Notes under the pieces: model-generated | What the model saw: the letters and a program-made list of their open reading frames with translations, nothing else | Databases searched by the model: none | What the model was told of the DNA's origin: nothing | Assembly (NCBI GenBank): GCA_964016885.1 | Contig: OZ024743.1 | Location: 326,492,001 to 326,556,000, forward strand | Source of the DNA: Eledone cirrhosa | Lineage: Eukaryota | Reading direction: 5' to 3' | Length of the DNA: 64,000 bases | Made by a program: the position numbers and the translations under genes | Shown: piece after piece, positions 57,581 through 64,000 of the stretch | Layout: each line of letters starts with the position of its first letter | Position numbering within the stretch: the first letter of the stretch is position 1

Positions 57581-60500
57581 TTTAGCAAATGTATTGGTAC
57601 GTGATGGGGCCCACCCACAGCCCCGGTGGACAGAATGGAGAAGGCGTTTCCCTGGAGGACGACAAGGGTGACGCGCCGGAAAAGCCACTCCAACTCGCGG
57701 GGCTCACACCTGCGGCTGGCCAGCTCAGCACCTATGGTGGTGAGTAAGGAGGTAGCCCTGGGGCCGAGGACACCAGAAGTTTCCACTGCCAGGAGACGAC
57801 CGCAAACCTGTCGGAGAGCGACCGGTATTTGAGGAGTTTGGCCCCCTCAGCCCGACGTGCAGCAGAACCTGGGTCAGTCGCAGACTGCACCAGGTTGCGG
57901 CTGCAGAAAGTGTCGGTGCAAGTGGCATCCCAGACGAGGGGTTTACCACCGCGGAACGGGAAGATGGTCATGCCATCTGGCCTTTTGCCGTCCCCTCGAT
58001 CCAGCCCCACCGGCTCGAGCTGGGAAGGGAAGCCTGCAGCGTCCAAGCCATGCTTAATGACCTCGTTGAGGGCAGTATGGCGTGGAATGCGGCCGACACT
58101 GTGGCGACAGGAAAGCGGGTGGAGGCCGAAAGAGTCCACGTTGAACCGCAGCGACATTGGTGAGGCTGGCAGATCCGGAGGCCGAGCCTCAAGGAAACGC
58201 CGATTCGCAGGCTATGGTTGTCTAGCTGCGTGCCAGCGGAGAAGGAGGGCAGGGCATGGAGCCAGGCACCACTGTGGGGTTTGGAGGCCGCACGAAAACA
58301 AGCAAGACGGTGCTGGCCGAGCTGGCGCGTGAGCCTGTCTGAGGCCAGGCTGCACTGGATGGCATCCCAAGTGCGTTGGGGGGAGTTGACGTCAACAGGG
58401 GGAGAAGGAGGAGGGACGTCTACTGGGCTAAGTCCCAGCCGGTCCCACGTCTCACAGCCGGCCTCACGTTCTCTGAACACAGAGGGCTCTGTTGTGTTTT
58501 GAAGAACCCTGCTGGCGAGGACGCGGCACGAGGTTACCGACGAAAGATACGCCGGCAAAGCTAGTGAGATCGGGGACCGGAGGCCTAGGCCGCCATACCT
58601 GACCGGTAAAGTGGCCTGTTGCCACCCTATGTCGTCAAACTTGACGTTGCATATCCCCTCGGCTGCTGCTTGGATACAAGTATCTAGGTCAGCGAGGAGA
58701 GATGTCTGGGTGTAGCATGGAGCACTGCGGAGTGTATAGAGGAGCTTCGGCATGGCGAAGCAGTTCCTCAGCAGAAAGAGAGCTGGGTGGCTGTCAATCA
58801 AGCCCAGTCGGCTCGTGAGAGTCTGGAGCTGTTGAAGCCTGGACCTGATGGTGGAGCGGATGGCCGGCGGGTGGATCGGTGACCCGAGGATGAGAACATC
58901 CTCTTTGGGGGTCACCTGAACCTGGCGGAGAATGGACCGCACGTCCAAGACAGAGGCTGCAAAGCTCGCAGCATCGAGGCTGACGTTCACCACCTCCGAC
59001 TTGGCCGAGTTGACCAGGAGGCCGATTCCCGCCAGGGCAGGAATCACCGATTGAAGGTCTTGGCAGACCGTCCGTACAGGCCCGCCCAACGTAGCATCAT
59101 CCAGATACCAAACGTTGAGAGGAGAGGGGCCGTGATACTCCGGGCGATGTGGTCAATACCAAGGGCGAACAGGAGGGGTCCCAAAGGGTCGCCCTGTTGG
59201 ACCCCAGTAGCCGAGGGTATGACCGTATCAGCAGCTAGGATCATGCTCGGGGCTCCATATGATAGGTAGGCCAGCGGGTAGGTAGAGGGGGCTCGGCTGA
59301 GGCAGGCCTCGAGCAGATGATCCCGGCGTAAAGAGTTAAAGGCATTCCTCATGTCAAGCTTGACAATGAGGTGCCTGGAGTCCCTGGATGCCGGTACCGA
59401 TGGGCAGCTGCTGAAGAACTGCTTGATTGCATGAAAGGCTCCCTCACAGCCACCGGACACGCCGACACCCAGTTGCACCGGACTAAACTCCTCACCCAGT
59501 TCGTGACTTGCAGATCACCTTGGCAGCCAGCCTCCGGAAGACATTACCCACAGCAATGGGGCGTATGCCACCCTCTTTCTTCCTGAGAGCGGTGAGGCTG
59601 GCCGAAAAAAAGAGGCCTCGGGCGTAAGGGTCGAGGGTACCATGGATGAGCCTATTGGTGAGCGCCACAATTGCACTCAGAAGGCGGCGCCCGGCCTCAG
59701 CGGAGAGGGGAGATGTCAACTCCTTGAGGTGGCCTGGTCGGAGACCATCAACAGCTCCGCGGCTCCTAGCTGGGAAGGACCTGATGGCGGACATGATATC
59801 TGCATCAGTAGCCACAAGGAGCAAGTGGGGGTCGGGTGAGGGTATGGGTCTGAGATCAGTGGGTGGATCAGGGTCTTTGAGCCGCAGAGCAGCCAGCATC
59901 TCCTCGGTGGGTTGGAGGACAGTGTCCTCTGAGGCAACAACAACTCTGACTGCTGCCGAGACATCACCCATGATAAGCTTTGCGTTTACCTGGTCTCGCA
60001 AACGCTTGGCGCTGGCCTCGGGGGTGGAGGATAGGGGGTACCTGAGGGTGGTGTGTGGGGCGTCCCTGGGCACGCTTAGAATAGGCGCTCGCTCAAATGA
60101 CGAGACATTGGCCTTGACGAAGGCTGCTGTTGACCGGCCGCCCCGGTCAGCGCCAGAGCTGGGGAGGCCGAGGGCGAGTGGGGCGAAATAGAACAGCCGC
60201 TCCCAGTCACTGGCTCGATTGGAGTCCAGGGCGATCTCAATCAAGGGCATCGGCTACCGGCACCCGTGCCGCTCTCGGGATCCTGAGTGGGATCTTCCGG
60301 AGCCGCCTGAGCCGAGCGATGTTGACCAGCGAGACTCGGGCGTCAGGCAATCTCGCTGTCCCATCTGGTGGTGTGCCAGACGGCCGTGGCTGGGAAGATG
60401 TGGGTAAGAGGCAGCTCCTGCACCTCCACGCTGCGAGAGCATTGGAAGCTCGACGAGTCAAGCCAGCGCAGGTGAGGTAGTGGTGGAAGCAGCCGCACCC

Positions 60501-60860
60501 CAAACAGTTCCGGCCTCTCTTCCGTTTGTTAGTGGTGCCGCAAGTGCTGCAGGTGTCGATTTAGAGGGGTGGGGTGGGGCGTGGGGCCGAGGACTGGGGC
60601 ACCGAGCGGCATCAGGGTGGGTATCTGGTGTGTGTGGGTGGAAGGGAAAGTGCTGGTAAGACGGCAGCATAGCTCACCTATATATATGGAGGTGCCAGAA
60701 AACGAGAGGTAAAAGGGGCTGCATGGAGGGGGAGACACAGAAAGGTAGAATGGCAGTAAATGAATGAGTGAATGGATGGATGTACACAAAAAATGGGGAG
60801 GGGGGTGAAACAAGGGGTTGTTCCCAGCGGAAAGACCCAGAGTTCAGCACGCACACATGC
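57581..60860 (-). mobile_element. CRE-like non-LTR retrotransposon with restriction-like endonuclease, frameshifted
   Basis: RT: GIRPIAVG, QLGVG..GGCE, KLDMRNAFNS, GVQQGDPLGPLLF, VWYLDD. CCHC: CRCG..DSFGLHPLSC. RLE: RH..LN, KRPDG, LVWD, AE..K..KY. Confidence 0.88.
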
Positions 60861-61171
60861 GAGCAGTTTGTCATAGACGATATTCTCAATGGACGCGCTT
60901 ACAATATTTGAATATAACTGAACGGTTGTGTCATTTAATTTGAAAAGTGGAGCAAAGTAATAGGAAAATAGTGAATTTGGAGTGTCAATCCCTTGTGATT
61001 TTTTTTTTTTTTTTTCAATACCGGACTTACAGTTTTCGAGATTTATACTCATTTTTTTTTTTTTTTCCTTCAAAAGGATGGAGGCGTTTTATCTCCTCAT
61101 GAAACTGACATTACTTAATGTTGTTCGTCATCTATGGCTTATTCATATGTATTATTTCATAATTAATAAGG

Positions 61172-61447
61172 GCGGTGGATTGGCAGTATCGGTAGAGGGT
61201 CGGACGCCATGCTTTCCAGCATAGTTACGTCCCTTTACGATCTGAGTTCAAATCCCGCCGAGGTTGACTTTGCCTTTCATCCTTATGGGGTCGATAAAAT
61301 AAAGTACCAGTAATGCACTGGGTAATTGCTGGCCTTGTGCCTAAAGTAGAAACAATTATTTCATAACTCTTACGGGGTCGATAAAATAAAGTACCAGTAA
61401 TGCACTGGGTAATTGCTGGCCTTGTGTCTAACGTAGAAACAATTATT
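61172..61447 (+). mobile_element. SINE family 1 plus a duplicated 3' half
   Basis: Full copy 61172-61360 and a repeat of its 3' part at 61369-61447; attatttcataa on both flanks. Confidence 0.9.
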
Positions 61448-62079
61448 TCGTAACTCTATAGAACTATTAGAATGTTTGTGCAGTGTTCTGTGTCCAGCCA
61501 GGTTTGTATAACAGGTAAGAAAAATGATGATTCGGTGACGGTTTCTTCTGATAGGAGCCTCTTCCACGTCGGAAGATCGAAGTGTGTTTTCTTGTCTTCT
61601 TCAATACTTTCATAAACGGCTGTTTTAGTTAAGGGTGAAAGCAGCGATTCTTTGCTTAAACTTTAATCTGTTCTTATAATATATTTCCCGCTTCGTCCTC
61701 GAGGATGGACCCTAATTTTGATAATCAAAAATTTGAAAAAAAATAATAATCAACCTTCGACCTCCAGGACGCATGGTATAAAAGAAGTTGTAGACTAATA
61801 TTCTATTAGGTGGTTCATAGAGACGCTCTCTGGCAATGAACGGAAAAAAACGAAGATAATACGTCATATGTGTAGCGGGGAGAACAATTACACGCAAAGA
61901 CAAAACCACGTAAATGGTATAACTGAAGTCGTAGACTAAAATTCTAACTAGGAAACCGAATGATTCTTGGCTTTAATAAATATTTGCTCTACGGTTCTTA
62001 TATATTTGATATATATTTATCCTTATCGAGCCCTCTTTGGATTTTAGTCTTCAAATTTATTATTATTACTATATATATT

Positions 62080-62166
<87 letters not shown>

Positions 62167-62170
<4 letters not shown>

Positions 62171-62296
62171 GTAAAATTCCGTTATAATTCCATTATAAAG
62201 AATTTTTCGTTACAACGATTTTCGTTTTACCGTTATAACGAAAATCGTTGTAACGAAAAATTCTTTATAATGGTATTATAACGGAATTTTACCTCT
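62167..62296. repeat. Near-perfect palindrome, arms about 60 bp
   Basis: agaggtaaaattccgttata...cgattttcgtt / aacgaaaatcg...tataacggaattttacctct. Confidence 0.9.
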
Positions 62297-62705
62297 GTGT
62301 GAGTGTGTGTGTTTCACTGTATATATGAAAGAGAGGGAGTGAGAGAGAAAGAGAGACAGAGATATGTAAAATCCCAATCGCGGCGCCAGGCAGTTTCGGC
62401 TAGTGTGTTCAGCAAGCCTTTTCAAGGGTGTAGTGATATTTGTAGGGTGTGAAAAATAGGTCACTAGTTTTGATAGTGTTTTGGTTGAATTTTTCTAGTA
62501 GTAAACTGGTCTGGTGGAGAAGTGGGATTGGGGAAAGAATGGTAAGTGTATCTGGACATGCAAGGGGTCAGGAGAAGGAAGTAGTGTGAGTGGGGGTTGG
62601 GGGGATTAGTAGGTATGAAGGAATACGAAGAGAAGGAGCATACTGATCATAGGAATAAGGGGTGGAGGGGTGAGGGATAAGACTGTTTATTGACAGGGTT
62701 TAGAT

Positions 62706-63003
62706 CAGTGGTTCCCAACCTTTTGTGCCCCATGCCCCACCTCAACATCTCAAACATTTGTATGCCTCACTTTGATATAAAAACAGCGATGATCAACTAC
62801 AAAGTCTAAACAAATTGGTGTATGGGTGATGTCAGATGCACAATAACATGTGTGGAGGAGGTGAGACAGGAGTTTCCGACGGTAATTTGTTCCAAAGTTG
62901 CCTTGGTGTAAAGGTAATAGGGTAAAATCTGAAGTTGGCTCACATTAACACCATTTTAAAATTGCTCCCCTGTGGGGCGTGCGCCCTACGTTGGAAATCA
63001 CCG
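62706..63003. mobile_element. hAT (Charlie-like) MITE
   Basis: TIRs cagtggttcccaac / gttggaaatcaccg; imperfect 8-bp flanks gtttagat / gttttgaa. Confidence 0.65.
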
Positions 63004-63424
63004 GTTTTGAAGCTGATGGGCTATTTGTAAGTAAAGAATAGAATTAAAAATAAAAAGTGGGTTATATAAAAGTAAATGAGCAAATGGTTAAATAAATTAG
63101 TAAATAGGATCAAATAAGATCAAGTAAAGTATAAGGGTTTAAAAAACGGTAGAGTAGATAGTATGGGTTGGTAACCATTGATGAAGTGTATGTATTATGT
63201 GTATGCATATTACATACACACAAGTATACTGGGGAGTTTTAGAAGGTTTTACATAGAAATGCCGGAATAAATGAATCAGTTATTACTTTAATGGAAAGGG
63301 TGGGGTGAGGTAATCATTTAGAGAGTAAATAAATGAGTAATTGGAAAGAATAGGTAAAGTATGCACACACAGGCACAAGCATGTTCATACATGCACACAT
63401 CCATACCCGTGTGTACACATACAC

Positions 63425-63830
63425 ATGATGGCTACAACTCGATATCGAGTAATGCCATCACTTGATACTTAAGCATGATCATCACGGATGTGGTTTTTTA
63501 GTCCAGCTAGGGACTTGCCTATGGCCAGCAATACCATGCATCGCAATAAATGTCACATATCAAGCGATGCCTGTGCTTGAAGCTTTTTAAGTGAGGAAAG
63601 TCTTTGAACGGGACCAATCCCACTCTCTGAATATCAAATGAAGAACTGGTCAACATCATTAGATGCAAATGAAGTCGCAGGTTTTATATCAGAGTGACCT
63701 TCTCCTAGAGAGATGTTTTAATGAAAACTGGGGTCTCTCGCTCCACAAAAAAACCCATTATTGGATGGCCGTTGACGCTCCTGAGTTCCTCTGCCCTTTG
63801 ACGGTTTTTTTTTCATCCCGCAGGGTGTCC
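63425..63830 (-). mobile_element. Non-autonomous bipartite RTE derivative (5'UTR joined to 3' terminus), diverged
   Basis: ctaggagaagg, gatataaaacctgcg, cagagagtgggattgg, ctttcctcactt and gcacaggcat match the RTE 5'UTR at 33410-33590; ends actcgatatcgag..gccatcat. Confidence 0.75.
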
Positions 63831-63854
63831 AAGATTACATACATACGTACATAC

Positions 63855-64000
63855 ATGATGATGATGGCTGCCCCCTTGTTATCGAGTGTGGCCATTGCAT
63901 GATATACCATTATTAATAATTATTAATTAATTCTATCGTGCAATGCCTGTGCATGAAGATATTTTTTAAAGTGAAGAAAGACTGTGCACTGAGCCAACCC
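63855..64000 (-). mobile_element. Non-autonomous bipartite RTE derivative, close to the RTE at 33.3 kb (runs off the window)
   Basis: ttggctcagtgcacagtcttt..gcacaggcattgcacga..ttaataattattaata is joined directly to gcaatggccacactcgataacaagggggcagccatcatcat. Confidence 0.85.

Overview
This is eukaryotic, AT-rich, microsatellite-saturated DNA. The SINE motifs and (TA)n/(CA)n/(ATT)n load look like an octopus genome (inference from recalled repeat sequences). No intact host gene is evident and almost all interpretable sequence is mobile DNA. The first 13 kb hold three decayed Tx1/L1-clade LINEs, two of them stacked head-to-tail in (ATT)n. The rest holds several Penelope-like (RT + GIY-YIG) copies in (TA)n tracts, a near-complete RTE LINE with three C-terminal C2H2 fingers, a CRE-like RLE retroelement with an N-terminal PHD-like finger, two tRNA-derived SINE families, and Helitron/hAT relics. 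The most interesting signals are: (1) about a dozen intact or decayed hammerhead-ribozyme motifs of several architectures; (2) a SINE that shares its 3' terminus and ATTAT target with the Tx1-like LINEs; (3) recurrent fold-back 5' ends, including ones centred on a hammerhead stem II; (4) bipartite non-autonomous RTE derivatives; (5) a conserved AG|GTAAGT motif at the ORF1 end of all three Tx1-like LINEs. All calls were made by eye and element boundaries are approximate.
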